A stretch of DNA of 64,000 bases from Mytilus trossulus. Lineage: Eukaryota. The translations under genes were made by a program, and so were the position numbers. Positions within the stretch are counted from its first letter, which is position 1, and the number at the start of each line of letters is the position of its first letter. Under the pieces are notes generated by a model, which saw only the letters and a program-made list of their open reading frames with translations, was not told the origin of the DNA and ran no database searches. The stretch spans positions 73,470,001 to 73,534,000 of the forward strand of contig NC_086382.1 of the NCBI RefSeq assembly GCF_036588685.1. Direction: 5' to 3'. Positions 36,238 through 62,615 of the stretch are shown here, in pieces.

Positions 36238-38914
36238 TTAAATCTGCTAAAGTTTTGCACTCTTAGTTAGTGAAAATAAATGTTTGAATTGCATTTCATA
36301 TTTTTGGTACCTTGTCTCAGTTTTTTTGTGAAGATTACACTAAGTGCAATAAAATCCCTATAGTCACTTAAGGGTTACATACTGCTCCTGCTCGAAACAG
36401 AAATTAACTGTATAAAACATTGGGAAAGATACTATTTGTACGCATCTTTCGATATTAATCAGTATAAAATGGTAATAGTTAACAGCCAATTCATTCAAGA
36501 AGTAAAAAAGAAAAAGGAAAAGTCAAATCTCCTTCCTAGTGCCATCAACAGTGATGCATGACTGTATCCATACATTTTCATAAAAGTCAGATATATGTTT
36601 TTGGGTTTGTAAAATTTTAGCCATCTTCTGATGGTCCTGTTTTTGTAACTACTCACTTGTACTGCATATATGCTTAAGATGATATTTATCCCGATATGAA
36701 GTAGTTTATTACAAATTCTAGATACATGTATGTGTTTAAACATAATACAATGTCATATTTATTTCACAGTGTACAATCTATTAAGCAATATTTACCACCA
36801 TAAGTGTTAATAAGCACTTTAAATGATTAAAATGTAATATGATCTGTATCATGCATTGCTTTAAATTCTTATCTTGAGTAAACTGGTATAAGTATGTAAA
36901 AATAAAATGGAAACAACAAATCTATTTATATTTTCAAAATTGTAGTTTATCATATGATTATACTGCATAATTATAAAATTAATACTGCAGATATCTTTCA
37001 GGTTTGGGTAACAAATTGATATGGATTAATCTGTATATATACATGATATATGAAATGAAAATGTTCACATTTGTGTTGTTTAAGTATTTTGGTCTGAAAA
37101 AAAGTATTTCACTCTAATACTATTATGATCTGAAGCAAACCTTGATTTAATTGATGTATTGCTAATTTTAAACATCTCAAATATGTTTGTTATAGGATAA
37201 AACAATTTCCTTCATAAGCCATATTCTTTCTCATGATCAAAATCTCTATTTTTATGATAATATAAACCATTCAATGGACAAGTTATACCAAGTTAAAACC
37301 AAAGTTTATATTTTATTTCTGTGTTTTATATATTAATTTGTTATGTTTATATGTTGCTCAACTGATTTATTACTGGTTCAATAAAATATGTGTTAATTTA
37401 TTTTCTTTTTTAATATCAGGCATTTTATAGCCTACCACTAAAGGAGGATATTTTACTGTTATAACCAATGGTCCTCAAAGGCTATGTTAAATGTTAAAAA
37501 TACAAATGTATAAATTGACTTGTGTGGCAACATCAATGAGACAGCAAACAGATTACACAATAAAGTCAGAAATGAGGCTAACAACAAACAAGAGTATACA
37601 TTATTTGCAAAAACAAAAATTGCCAAAATCCAAACAAGATAAGAAGAAAGTTTACAGATACTACTTATATATAGTACCACCCATCACCACTGAATTTCTT
37701 TTAAAAAAATCTTAAAAATAAAGAATTGTAGGTTGAACTACAATCTGGACATACTAGAAATTACGAGAAGACAATTCACAAAAAAAACCACCAAAATTGA
37801 CTGTTATTTCAGGTACTTCAGAAAAAGTGACATCTACTAGTTGCTACTGGTAAAGTGGCTCTCATAATGAAAAACTTGAAGTATGCATAGGTCTTATTCA
37901 TTGACACATTATAAAAGACGAAAGGAGGAATTGATCATACCTACAAAGAATTCCACATTATCATTGTTGCCTGTGACACATATGTTCATTAATGGTCACC
38001 CTAGTCTTTGAATTTAAGGTGAATCCCTACAGATATAGCACATTTTTTTTTCACCATTGAATTGTTCTTAAAATGTGCATACATATACTATGCATTGGCC
38101 TCTATAAAAATTTGAGGTAAAAATAGTATATAACCAGACTCATTTCCATGGTAACGGTCACCAAAGGTGGTACATCACGTGTATGCATAAATATGTAGCT
38201 GATGTAGAAACTGGATTTTTTCAAGCCTCTGAAAGTATTCATCAACACTGCTCTACACAAAAAACACAGATTTTGTAAAAAAGAATTCTATTTTTCCTAA
38301 AATTCCTCAAAAATGGTCCAATGAATATTTTTATGAATTTGACACAAGATGGTCAAAACAATGAGCTTTAAAAAAAACCAATATGGGTCACCAGACTAGT
38401 TTTTGACCAAAAAACGTTTTTGTGACCCCTTACTACACAGTGATCAACATCAGTTTTTTTGTACAAACTAACTAAATAGGTGCCAAACCTTCTGTTGTGG
38501 AAATCTGAATCAACTAAATATACACCATTAAAATTCCAGACATCTGTTTAAAGAGCATGTACAATTGTATAAAATATTTCGACTTTTCTTTTTTGAGAAA
38601 GATATTGAAAAATTGGGCATTTCATTTCATAAAAACATGGATACACATATAAGGTTTAACTTGTTTAAGGAATGAACACACATTACCAGAAAGCTGACTT
38701 ATTCTACGAAAAGCTGCTTTGAAACTGACATCACCAAGATAGTTGATCTTCATTGTCAACATATTTGTGAACTGTTAAACAGGTTTTTTTATAAAGACAT
38801 TTGGCATTCCGGTGAGAACGAAATGTGCTTTTCTTGTCCCCTTTTATTATAAATTAGGATAAAGCATATGCCATACTGGGACTAAAATAAAAACAAAAAT
38901 AGTTGGCATCCTAT

Positions 38915-39206
38915 AAATAGTTATCAAAAGTACCAGCATTATAATTTAGTGTGCCAGACGCGCGTTTCGTCTACATAAAAATTCATCAGTGACGCTCAAA
39001 TCGAAATATTAATAAAGCCAAACAAGTACAAAGTTGAAGAGCATTGAGGATCCAAAATTCCAAAAAGTTTTGCCAAATATGGCTAAGGTAATCTATGTCT
39101 GGAATAAGAAAACCCTTAGTTTTTCGAAAAATTCAAAGTTTTGTAAACAGGAAATTTATAAAAATGACCACATGATTGATATTCATGTCAACACCGAAAT
39201 GTTGAC
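38915..39206 (-). repeat. Hammerhead-ribozyme-bearing interspersed repeat
   Basis: Same family as 51400-51676 and 50749-50882. HHR core at 38951-38995 with a weakened stem II. Confidence 0.75.
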
Positions 39207-39208
39207 CT

Positions 39209-40502
39209 TAAAAGAGGGACGAAAGATACCAGAGGGACAGTCAAACTCATAAATCGAAAATAAACTGACAACGCCATGGCTAAAAATGAAAAAGACAAAC
39301 AGACAAACAATAGTACACATGACATAACATAGAAAACTAAAGAATAAACAAAACGAACCCACAAAAAACAAGGGGTGATCTCAGGTGCTCCGGAAGGGTA
39401 AGCAGACCCTGCTCCACATGTGGCACCCGTCGTGTTACTTATGTGATAAATCATCCGGTAAATAGTCTAATTCGGTAGGTCACATTCATGAAAGGGAAGA
39501 GGTTTGTAGTTACGACGTAAGGAACATATCCGATATCATTTGTGAAACGGTTATTCAATAACGGTCAACCAACTCGTGATGGCGTCCGTAAAATTTACGA
39601 AGTGATGATTTCAACTTCACCATTTGGAACTCTTGGTTTAATAGCTTCCTTGTGATCAGCGACCCTCTATCAAGGAAATCATGGTAGGAAATGCAAGCAC
39701 GGGAATATCGTATCAATTGGGAGATATATACACCGTATGCAGGTGCTGCTGGAATGTTGCTACTTAGAAATGGAAAGTTCACAATTGGAAAGCTGAAATC
39801 ATCTCTATTGTCGTTAAGTTTTGTTTTCAACCGACCCTCATTGTCAATTTTTTAGATGTAAGTCAAGATATTAGGCCGACGTAACTGTATTTGTAGTATC
39901 CTTTATATCTAGTTCGATGGAATAGATGCGTTAGTCATCAAATTTTGAATTATTTAGTGAAAGAACATCATCTATATAGCGGAAAGTAGAGTTAAAGGAT
40001 ATTGCTAACTTCTTATCTTTCTTCCTAAAAAGTTCCTGTATGAAGTCAGCCTCATAATAATATAGAAACAAGTCGGCAAGAAGAGGGACACAATTTGTTC
40101 CCATTGGAATGCCAACAGTCTGCTGAAAAACACGTCCTCCCAACGTAACAAATATGTTGTCAATCAAGAAATCAAGCATTTTGATAATGTCAGTTTCAGA
40201 GAATTTTTTTGTTTGAATCAGAGTGATCTTTTACAAAGTAAGATATATCCCTCCTTAAGACAATATACTTGTATCTACGTTGGCCATTCTTTTTTATGAA
40301 ACAAAGCAATACCAACTCTTTCAATTTGTATTTTAGTTTGGAATGTTGAATACTTGCGTAAAGTGTAAAAAAGTCAAATATTTTAATACTATTACATGAT
40401 GAAAGAGAGTTAGATTGTATGTACTCTTAAAGATCTTTGGAAATTTTGAGTATCCCAATCTGATTCACGTCACCTCTAGAATAGGAAGTTTCACAATAAC
40501 TA
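39209..40502 (-). mobile_element. Decayed Penelope-like retroelement (RT core, thumb, 3' tail)
   Basis: RT motifs FDFYTLYASI, QTVGIPMGTNCVPLLADLFL and FRYIDDVLS, followed by the DDFSFPIVNFPFLSSNIP thumb. Contains frameshifts and stops. Confidence 0.85.
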
Positions 40503-40855
40503 ACTGTTCTGCTATATGGATGATGTCCTCTCTTAGAAAAATTTAAAGATCGATCAATATGTTTAATGCGTCCACCAAGATGAACTTCAAGTAAGGTAAA
40601 CATGCATGCAAATTACCGAAATTACTTTTGACAGTCTGAAGGAAGACACACCACCTTATCTAGACATACACATAATTATGCTTATGTGCCAACAAGTTTT
40701 GCCTAATAACTAAGGATTTGTTGAAAAGCAGTAACAATACTATCAATTTTGCACTCTTTGGTTGACCCTGCAGGAGACTGAACCTTTATTCGAGACTAGT
40801 ACAATTCCTACAATTCCAGGCCATCTAGTCTTATATAGTTGAATCCTTTGTATGT

Positions 40856-41064
40856 ATCTAATTACACAATTTATCAAATAAACAGTCACCATGGTAACAG
40901 TCTAAATTTGTACACAATTTTAAAAGAAAATAAAGGCCTTACTTTGCCTGATTTATTTTGATATACTAGTAACTTAAACCGGTAAAGTCAGGCCAATCTT
41001 TCCTGTCAAAATTGTGTACAAATTTAGACTTGCTGTTTTTTTTGATAAATTGTGTAATTAGATC
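40856..41064. mobile_element. Fold-back MITE
   Basis: ATCTAATTACACAATTTATCAAA...TTTGATAAATTGTGTAATTAGAT, plus inner inverted repeats. Confidence 0.65.
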
Positions 41065-41867
41065 GTTAGACTCGTTTGTTGTGTTTGAGCTTTTGATTTT
41101 GCCATTTAATTTGGGATTTTTATTTTTTTTCCTTGGCGTATTATATTTTTGCGTTTTACTTTATAGCATATGGTTTTATAAAGTCTTCCCAAATATCGAA
41201 AATAAAGTTGTTTTGGATATAATGGGATTGAAAAATGACTCACCACTCACTCACGTCTATCCTTAAGTGTCTAGAATGTTTATATATGTCATATTATATC
41301 TTCAGTGGACATTTTCAGCTAACTTGAAAGAGCCAAATCTATCTTTAAGTTGTGAATAATTTATTATTGTTTTTGTCTTGTTGTATTCATCAAGCTCTCA
41401 GCATTACTTCGCCTGAATGTACTAAACATTGGTATGGACAAAACTGTATCATGTATATGACAATGCCACATGTGGATCAAGATATTCTTACCATTCCGGA
41501 ATAGGAATATAAAAAAAAATATTTATAATATTAAGCCTAGGCGACTTGCAAAAACCCTATTTGACCTTTCTAACTGACCTTAAAGTTCATCTTTCTCCTA
41601 CTACTTATCAAGTCCATTTTTTAAAGTATTTCATATCTCTTATTGTGTGATTTAAATATTAATTGTCTATACAGAGGTTCAATTCTACAGTTTATATAAT
41701 TTTCTGACTCAACACTGCCAGCATAGTGGAATGGATTAATAATTAGTTGCAAAATGTCTAGAAGTTATTGTTCTTTTTTAGTCATATGATATTCCGCATC
41801 ACACACATATGACAAAAGCCTGCATACGGTATAGCTTGAAAACTGAACAAAAGGATATTCCCAAATG

Positions 41868-53501
<11,634 letters not shown>

Positions 53502-56500
53502 TATAATTTCTGCAAAATTACTAGGTCAGGCCACCTCAACTTTATTTTGATATATATTGTGTATATGGACAGGAAGTCAATGCATATTTGTTTAGAACAC
53601 TACACATCAAGTAAGAAAGGTTCCGGAAGTATTTGTTGTATACATTATCATATATCTATACGTAACTTACCTCACTATTAAAAGTAGTGTGACACACGTA
53701 GCTATCTCATTGTATCAATGAAATGTTATATATGTTTTTGTCTAAACATAGCATAGATTGTCCGACCTTTACATTAGTGGTTCAAATGTAAAACGTCGAT
53801 GACAGGAAGATGATGTTGTCATGAAATTTTTCAGGCTTGATAATTACGTATTGGTATATGAATATTCACATATTTATGACAAATAGACAATAAACAAAGA
53901 CAATATCTATAAAAACTAACATGTTTACAATAAATAGTTATGATAACACAGTTATAATCCTGGTACCTTTGATTACTAATTACAACACAACAATATAAAA
54001 AATAAGAATTAGCTTATAGAAAACATATTGAAATGTCTGTTGTGTTTCCATATGTTTAAGTGCTGTATTCATATTGTTAAGTTATAATAATAAATTTTGA
54101 ATCTAGTTTTAGTTGTTATTGCTGAACTAAGCCTTGCATGATTCAGATACTCCGTATTTCATATGTTTCACTTATATCGTCTATTTTTGTTTGGTATTGA
54201 TTGATTTCGTTATTGTCTAAATATACTATTTACCGAGGTTGTAATAACGTAAGCAACACGACGGGTGCCACACGTGGAGTAAAATCTGCTTACCCTTCCG
54301 GAGCACCTGAGGTCATTTTTAGTTTATGGTAGGATTTATGTTGCTATGTCTTTAGTTATCTGTTTATTTTGTTTCTTGTATTTTATCATTTGTCTGTTTT
54401 TTTTATTCTATTTTAGCCAGGGATTTGTATATTTAATTTCGATCTATGAGTGTTAATGTCCCTTTGGTATATTTCGCTCCTCTTTTTAAAAAACTCAGTA
54501 AATGCAACTCATATCCAGTGTCCTGTAAAATTTATAAATTTGTAAATGAATAATTGGTCAGCAATGACATACCGACAATATGATTGGTACCAACATTTAT
54601 CGTCCGATACTTTTTATTGTTTTTCTTTTTCTACACATGTGTGACATTAATATTCCATTAAACAAATCTTTAACAAAACTAAATGCGGTCCAAAGCCATG
54701 CCATGACATTTATCAAAATTGCAACCAAAATACCGTCTTAGATAATTCTTTGTATCCGTCTAAAATTAATTGATATATCTTATGATGATTATCAAGGAAG
54801 TTGCATGTTTAAGAAAAATCTGAATGATGCAATTGATTTATTAATATAATCAATACACCATATTTTTTAAATATTCTTGTTGAACGTAATTGATGTTTAT
54901 GCTTTGGGTTGCGTCGGTTTGCCATCTCACATTCTTACATTTAATAAAGCATTAAAAATATAGCAATTGCACCATTTGGCGTCATCGCAATAGTTTTAAC
55001 ATAATTTCAGTTGTCGTTAAGTCATGTACTTCAATTTCGAAATATCAAAATCACATTTTTGTAAACTTTTATCAGGAAATTTGTACGGTTCATATCTTTG
55101 AGTTACCGAGTAAAGTACAAAATAAATTGTAAGATTGACGGCCGCAGCAGATAAAATAAACTATCAAATGTTAAAAACACTTCAATTTCAAAGGCAAATG
55201 CATTTGTCTGTAATTGTTTTCAGAATGAAATAAAGATATATATTTGTATTTAGCTAAATTTGATATGTAGGTGAACTTTTCAAATTTTCTCACATTCATG
55301 CAATCTTTTCACCGCATTTCTTATCTATATTTATGAATAAAACACATCACATTAACATCTTTTTGTGCAGTGTACGATGGTAAAATTTATTGCACTACAA
55401 TAGGTACATGTATTATAACACAGACACCAATACATACGAAATAGTAAAACAGGGAAACTTAATATCCAATTGAATTCACCGTAGTGACAGCAGGTAATCC
55501 CTGGAAAAGATAAAAGGATCGTGAAAAGTGAACAGTGTTTTTCATCAGTTTAATTAGTTAGTTGTTTGCGGTTGAACGTTTTACGGCAAATGCTACATAA
55601 AAAACTCTGCTTTGTACTAGACCGACACGACTTCAAACTGCATCTCACACACAACTAACCGTTGCTCCTAACCGTTATGGCTTGAACAAGTTGAATATCA
55701 AATCGTACTCAAGGTTTAACAACACAATACGTATATCAAACAGAAACAAACCAAAACCAAATGCTAACAAAAGAAAACATAAATCTCCATGTTTCTGGAA
55801 TAACCCTCACCGTGTAGAAAAAAATCTCGAAACAAACATCGGGATGCTGCCTCTGAAGAGGATACCTTGTTCCCATAGGATTAACATTAGACAAAGTGGC
55901 CCAGAACCCCCACTTTCCCCACTACTAACATAAAAAGAATCAGGACAAACGATTTATACGAAATATCCAAACCGTCTAAGTCAACTTTTCAATGATCTAA
56001 TTCGTGAGTTTGATCAATTGGAGTTTTTTATATGTTATTTACCTAACGAAATAAAAGTGCAGAATGACAAGTTATATGATAGATTGGTTTAACGTTCCTT
56101 TCAAAACACTTGCCTACATCACAGTGGTCAGTTTTATAGGTGGGGTAGTAGGAGTGTCATACAGAACCACTGACCTGCGGTAGGAAAACTGACAATCTTA
56201 ATTAATTATAACAAGAGACAACCACTAAGATCTAAAGATATTGTTAGATATTGACTTTAATAATTTGTCGAAATCGAAATGAAATTTCACCGTCTTTCCA
56301 TAGTAAGGTGTTCGTCAATTTCTAGGTAGATATTAAAGTTCTGTTATTGAGTGTAAAAGTGTACATATTATTGATTAGTTTCGAAATTTGTGTAATATAT
56401 AACCGTCTAATTGGTTGTATATAAAGATCCTTGTTTAGCTTTTGCTTTACAGAAGTAAATAATACTGCAAACGGAGAAATAAAAAGGGGGAGGGTAAAGT

Positions 56501-58724
56501 TATGAAAACAAAACGTCTGTTACAAACAGGTAAAACACCCCATCATAAATATATACAGATGACTAAATGAGCAACAATTGGCTATTATGTTTACAAGTAT
56601 TCAAAAAAGATAATCAGGGATAGGGTTATGTACAGCGCCGATGTATTTTACAAACAATTGCAAACAAAATAAGGCATATGCATTCAGCTGCAGGTATTCG
56701 TTCATAGTGTGTTAATCTACGTTTTTTTTATTGTGTTACATTTATAAGCCTTCCAATTGATATTTTATCGTGTGTTTTCTAAGTTGTGATGTTATACTAT
56801 TGTCTCAATAAATGGGAGAAGGTTTGGTACCATTTAAACATTTAATCCCGCTGCAAATGTTAATTTGCACCTGTCAGGTATCTATAGTTGTCGTTTGTTT
56901 ATGTAATTTATACGTGTTTCTCGTTTCTCGTTTTTTTTATATATAGACTATAGACCGTTGGTTTTCCCGTTTGAATGGTTTTACACTTATAATTTTGGGG
57001 CCCTTTATAGCTTGTTGTTCGGTGTGACCCAAGACTCCGTGAAGAAGGTCGTACCGTGACCTATAATTGTTTACTTTTATAAATTGTTTTTTGGATGGAG
57101 TTGTCTCATTGGCACTCATACCACATCTTCCTATACCTATGAGATACCAAAGGGACATTAAAAACTTTGAATAAATTGAAGACTAGCGACAACAGGACAT
57201 TACATGTTGATAACTGTTGAGATAGAGTTGCCGTGTCATATCTACATGTCCTTATATTTATGACAAACATCATTTGATAGAACTTCCCCCCCACCCCCCC
57301 AAAAAAAAAAATTGACAGCATGCTAAAGTAGAAAATAAAACCGTTTTGATTTTTTCTTTCGAAACGATTTTGAATTCACACGTTAATCCTAGTTATCATA
57401 GTGACAAGAACTGGCTTTTACCAGAGTAATTTTCTCCATTATTCAATATTTTAGAAACTGTGATCTAAAAATTCCTAAAACGCGATGCAAAATCAATTCT
57501 AGCTCTCATACAAACTTTCCTGCAACCGTCAAAGAATGTTAAACAACCATTGGATTTATTCAGCCAGTGTAGTGCAGGGATGTGCTTTTTGATATTTTGT
57601 TACCATTTAATCTTCATAAGATTTGTTTTGGAAGATGTGTCTCTATGAAAAGACCGACATTTTCCAGTCAACTTTTGTCGTGGTTAAAACGTTTAAAAAT
57701 GAGCTGCATTTAAGGCAATTTTAGTTTATTACATTTGTTTGAAATCTGAAATCTAGATAAAACTATGAGTAGATCTTTATTTACCAAAAAAAGTTATTAT
57801 AATACCTTCGAATAATTTTTGTAAAACTTGTGGTATATTGATGTTTGTCATTTTTGTTTTGTTTATAAATCAGGTCGTTAGTTTTCTTGTTTGAAATATT
57901 TTCCATTTGGCATTTCGGTGACTTTTTAAAGCTGACAATGTGGTATGGAATTAACTCATTGTCGAAAGCCGTATGACGACCTTTAGTTGATAACGTCTCT
58001 GTCGTTTGGTCTCTTGTGACGAATGGTCCCATTGGCAATCATACCTCTTCTTTTTATTTTTTTTACATTACCAAGATATTCCAAGTGATTTGAATCATGT
58101 GTTGTTCAAGCATTTTTTGGTTACAGATTACGAATAGATTTGCATGGATTAAACTTTCAAATTACAGACAAACTCGAACTGCATATTTCAGAGAGAAAAA
58201 AGTAAAACGCACATCAAAACTACGGAGAAGCGTATCTGCTTATATACATATGTATTAAATTATGTCTTTTGGAAACACGGCAAAAACCACACTTTGTGTG
58301 ATAAAACTTCTCTTTGAATATTAATTTACAAGTATGTGTTCTGTGATGTGTTACTGCAATCAAATCTTCAATAAATAATTATCGGCAGCAGCATGAATGA
58401 AACCAATTATCATTATTATATACAGAGAACCGGTATATCATAGCAATTGGAATATACATAAACAATTGATAACGATCTGGCAGAGAAAGAGAAAGGAAGA
58501 AATTACTTAATTATTATTTTTATTCATTAAACTGTATAGATGGAAATAATTAATTGGATCTGAAAACAACATAAATAATACACTGATCGACATGATCTAT
58601 ATATAAATAAGATAATTGTCTAAGAAGTGTATTCAATATGTTCAATGAATGTACATTAAGGAATTACTACGTACAAGTTCTGTTTTGTGTCAGCTGATGA
58701 TGTAAACACCGGATTTAACGCGTA

Positions 58725-58860
58725 ATGACTTCGGGAGGGGGACTTAGTGACCCCTCAACAGGAGGAAGTTCTACTCTTAGGCCTTACATAAAAAGGAAGA
58801 AGTCATCGTTTGGAGATACTAAAATCGCCGTCCTAGGACAACATGGTGTTGGAAAGAGTG
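58725..58860 (+). CDS. First coding exon of a Ras-like small GTPase (RERG/RASL11/RASL12-type); the rest is presumably beyond the window
   Basis: MTSGGGLSDPSTGGSSTLRPYIKRKKSSFGDTKIAVLGQHGVGKS, with a P-loop GxxGVGKS followed by a phase-1 GTGAGT donor. TATATATAAA at ~58598. No downstream exon was found in the window. Confidence 0.75.
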
Positions 58861-59974
58861 GTGAGTCGATATATTTCTTATAATTATATACAATTACTGG
58901 CAACTCTAGTTTGAAGAATAAAAGAAAACAAGTAAGAATTTATCACTTTTTAAGGAGAGAAAAGTTCCTCATTAATTCAAAAATGTCTAAACTCGACGAC
59001 CTCTAAGTGAAGGACAAACGGATGTCTCCGACAAGCTTCTGTTATTAGTTTTAGTTTTTGTAAATTGCAATGAAAATTCAATTTTATTTAACTGGAAATT
59101 ATACGCTTGAATATGAGTTTAATAAGTTGATGGATATAGTCTATTTACTATGCAGTATGGGCTTTGCTCATTTTTGAAGGCCGTACGGTGACCAATATAG
59201 TTGTTAATGTCTGTGTCATTTTGGTCTTTTGTGGATAGTTGTCTCATTGGCAGTCATACCACATCTTCTTTTTTTTTTTTATATTTGATGTTTATTAAAG
59301 AAAACAATGCAAAATCAAGTTGATTTACACTGTCCCGATTTTTATAAACGATGGACACCCGAATGCGAAAATTGCAAGTTCGTACGAAGTTGGTCCTGAT
59401 CTCGTCAAAATACCAAAAAGTGACCGAAGCAAGGACGATGAATATCGAAGTCTATACGATGGTGCCGAAATTATATACGATAGCAAAAGATGGACATACG
59501 AGGTTAACCGAAGACAGGTATTTAAGCTTCATATCTCAGCCGAAGCCTACACGATGGATCACGAAGGCTACGCGATGGATTACGAAGGATACACGATGGA
59601 TTACGATGATGGCGCGATGGCCATACGATGTCTAATAGACATAGTGTACAGCTTGCGATGCATTTAAATTATATGTCGAAGGCATCACGCGTTTTAAACA
59701 AGATAAATACAGGTTAAATACATGTATATAGATATAGGAAGATGTGGTGTGAGTGCCAATGAGACAACTCTCCATCCAAATAACAATTTAAAAAAAAAGT
59801 AAACCATTAAAGGTTACATAATACAAGTATACAAACGATCTAAAAAAGCGTTCTACCTGTTTGTTACTTTTTTATGATACGAACAGAATTTCGACAACCT
59901 ATCGTGTATGTACAAGTCTGCCATGCATGGCGGAAAATCGATCTTTTTGTCTAATTCTTATAAAACTTTGTTTA

Positions 59975-60415
59975 GAATCATATTCGAAACAGTGTGGTCC
60001 TGGCCATTGATTGACAACCTAAATAATCCCATTGACTGGGACAGATTAGATGAACGTTTGTCGGTAACAATCACTGCTCACTGTGTACTTGTTAAAGACA
60101 CTGAATCTGTGGTGTCACCAAAGGTTCTCAACACCTAAATAAAGCAATTCGAAAAACTAATTCGGAATAATTCGATGTGTTGATTTATATCAATAATATA
60201 AATCAAAACATAAAGGTTATTCCTGAATAATTTTTCGAATTATTTTATCATTAAAGGCGTTAAGAACCTTTGGTGACCCCACAGTTTAAATTCTATAATA
60301 AGTAAGAAGTGAGCAATAGTCGTTACCGACAAACGTTCATCTAATCTGTCCCAGTCAATGGGATAATTTAGGTTGTCAATCAATGGCCAGGACCACACTG
60401 TTTCGAATATGATTC
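59975..60415. mobile_element. Near-perfect ~440-bp fold-back MITE, TA TSD
   Basis: TA|GAATCATATTCGAAACAGTGTGGTCCTGGCC...GGCCAGGACCACACTGTTTCGAATATGATTC|TA; arms are almost identical over ~95 bp. Confidence 0.85.
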
Positions 60416-60417
60416 TA

Positions 60418-60979
60418 TTATCCCCTCGCCTACTACATGTAAGTTGCGTGTAGAATAAATTGTAATGGACACTCTAGAACCAAAATGCTCAAAACTTGGT
60501 ATGGTGTTACTCGTTAAGAATATCTTAAGCGCTATTGACTTTAAAGTTCAAAGGTCAAGGTCACAGTGGCAGTTGTTATACAAGGCAATATCACCCTTGT
60601 GGACACTCTAAAACAAATATGCTTTAAAAGATTTTAACCACATTTGGTATACTGTTCCTCCATTCAATGATCTGACATTTTTTACGTTCAAGGCAAAAGG
60701 TCAAGGTCATGCAGATGGACTTGTTTTTTCTCCTTGAAATAGCATAATACATAGGAAATTGCATGGTTGCTCATTTTTTTACCTGCTGGTTCTAAAGACA
60801 ATATTAAAGGTATTTCCAGTTACTGCATGTTTTGGTTGATTTCTAAAAAAATAGTTTATGCATCAAATATGCATATTCAATTTAGCATTTACTGCATGTG
60901 TCATATACAAATAAAGTGTCCATATTTGTCCCCAATATGTTACATACGAGGGGATGCCACGCTCGGCATTGCCTTGTTT
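60418..60979 (+). mobile_element. HINE-like element
   Basis: TTATCCCCTCG...CGAGGGGAT subterminal inverted repeat, AAAGGTCAAGGTCA internal units, and a 3' ...GCATTGCCTTGTT end. Confidence 0.5.
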
Positions 60980-62615
60980 GAACTGTAAAATGTGTGCACT
61001 AGTCTGAATAATCACCAATAATTATGCCCATGTTTATTGATCTATCTTAAAGGTAAGGTAATGGGTTCGTTGATCCCTTTTATTCAAAAAGAGCTCTTTC
61101 CAGGTGAATATCATTATAATATAGACAAAAGGAAGGGTGTGGGGAAAGCAACAAATGCGGCAAAACAAAATGGTTATGGAGTAAACATTCGTGTGACAAC
61201 AACACAGACGATACATAAAAAATCAGAATAATGAAGAAAAAGTAGGTTTCCCTATATACGTGTACCTGCAGTCTTGGTGTACGAGGCGCGTTTATGATTT
61301 TCATTATGTTACTTGATAAGAAAAATTGACAAAAAATAATATTTTACTTGTAAAAGTAAATCCTGAGCCTGTATTAGCTGCTCTTCTTGTTCCATTTGAA
61401 TCAATAGAAACAACGCTGTCGCCTTTCTTGTTCTCATTGAGTCATATGATATGAACTCCATGTTTTGTGAACGTCTTCCTTAACTGTCGTTTTAGACTGA
61501 CCAGTGCATATCGCGCATGGCACTTTAAATGTATTTAAGCGAGAAAATTAACTTACATTTAGCTGGATTTATTGCCGTCGTAGTTCCATCTTGTCGCCTT
61601 CGTACTTTTATTCGATGGCAACACGACGGGATTACCAGGTCTTCACGAAGTCGTGTTGCCATCGTTAGACCTTCGGGTAGCTTCGTGATTCATTCGTGTA
61701 GACATCGTAATGTCAAATCTGCCCGATGGAAACGATGGAAACACGAATGCAATACGATGTTTAAAGATTCATTCCCGGTGACATTACGATGGTGAGGATG
61801 GTGATACGAACTCAATACGAACCCTCAACATCGGACGCACCTTCGGGGATTTTTTAACATGTTAAAAGATTTAGAACCCTTCCCGAAGTTGTCCCTGAAG
61901 GCTAGAACAAGTGGCCGATGGTTTAAGATGGTACTACGAATAGCCCGATCTGGATACGATCAGTCCCGATTTTGAAAATTTCCATAATCGTGTTGTCATC
62001 GGCGTTAAAATCGGGACAGTGTGACGCGGGCATTAGCAAAATTCATTTAGATGACATTCTTAGTCTATTTATTTTTAATTTGAAATAAAATATTCAAAGT
62101 ATAGTAATCATTTCATATTCTAGTCAGAGTTCATAAATTTTGATAAACTAGAAATTAGGGAGTTAGTCAACACGAAATTCTTTCCATAATATATAAAACA
62201 TAAATCAAATTAATAAATGAAGGTTTATTTGGTATGAAGCTTTATTTTCGTTTAAAAATTCAACACTTGAAGTTGTGCAGCAAACTTGAAATAAGAAAAT
62301 TTCAAAACGTTTTTTCCTTATTTTGCTACGTTTCAAACAATATGTTTTGAATACATGTTTTTATAAACCAAATATCCACCAATATTCCATACAAAAAACT
62401 ACCGACTTTAATTTCAAGTTAGAATTTTTAGCCAATAGTTAATGTCTTAATGAAAGAAATACTATATTCTGTGATTGTTTGAACCTTATCTTAATGCTTA
62501 TAGAAAGGATATAGTTTGATGTATATAAATTGTTGAAAATTTTCCGTAGTCACTTTTTATTGCAATGCTCCTTTTAATTTCATGTGTGTTCACATACGAG
62601 CTTTCAAAGTTACTA

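Larger units (their letters stand above)
59327..62035. mobile_element. Probable PIF/Harbinger-like non-autonomous element with nested insertions
   Basis: Inverted ends ACACTGTCCCGATTTT...AAAATCGGGACAGTGTGACGCGGGCA and CpG-rich ACGAT subterminal repeats at both ends. The left TIR is truncated. Confidence 0.5.

Noticed and set aside
59320-59667. 115-aa and 94-aa ORFs with repeated MDxEGY
   Set aside because: They arise from CpG-rich subterminal repeats of a DNA transposon and show no recognisable domain.
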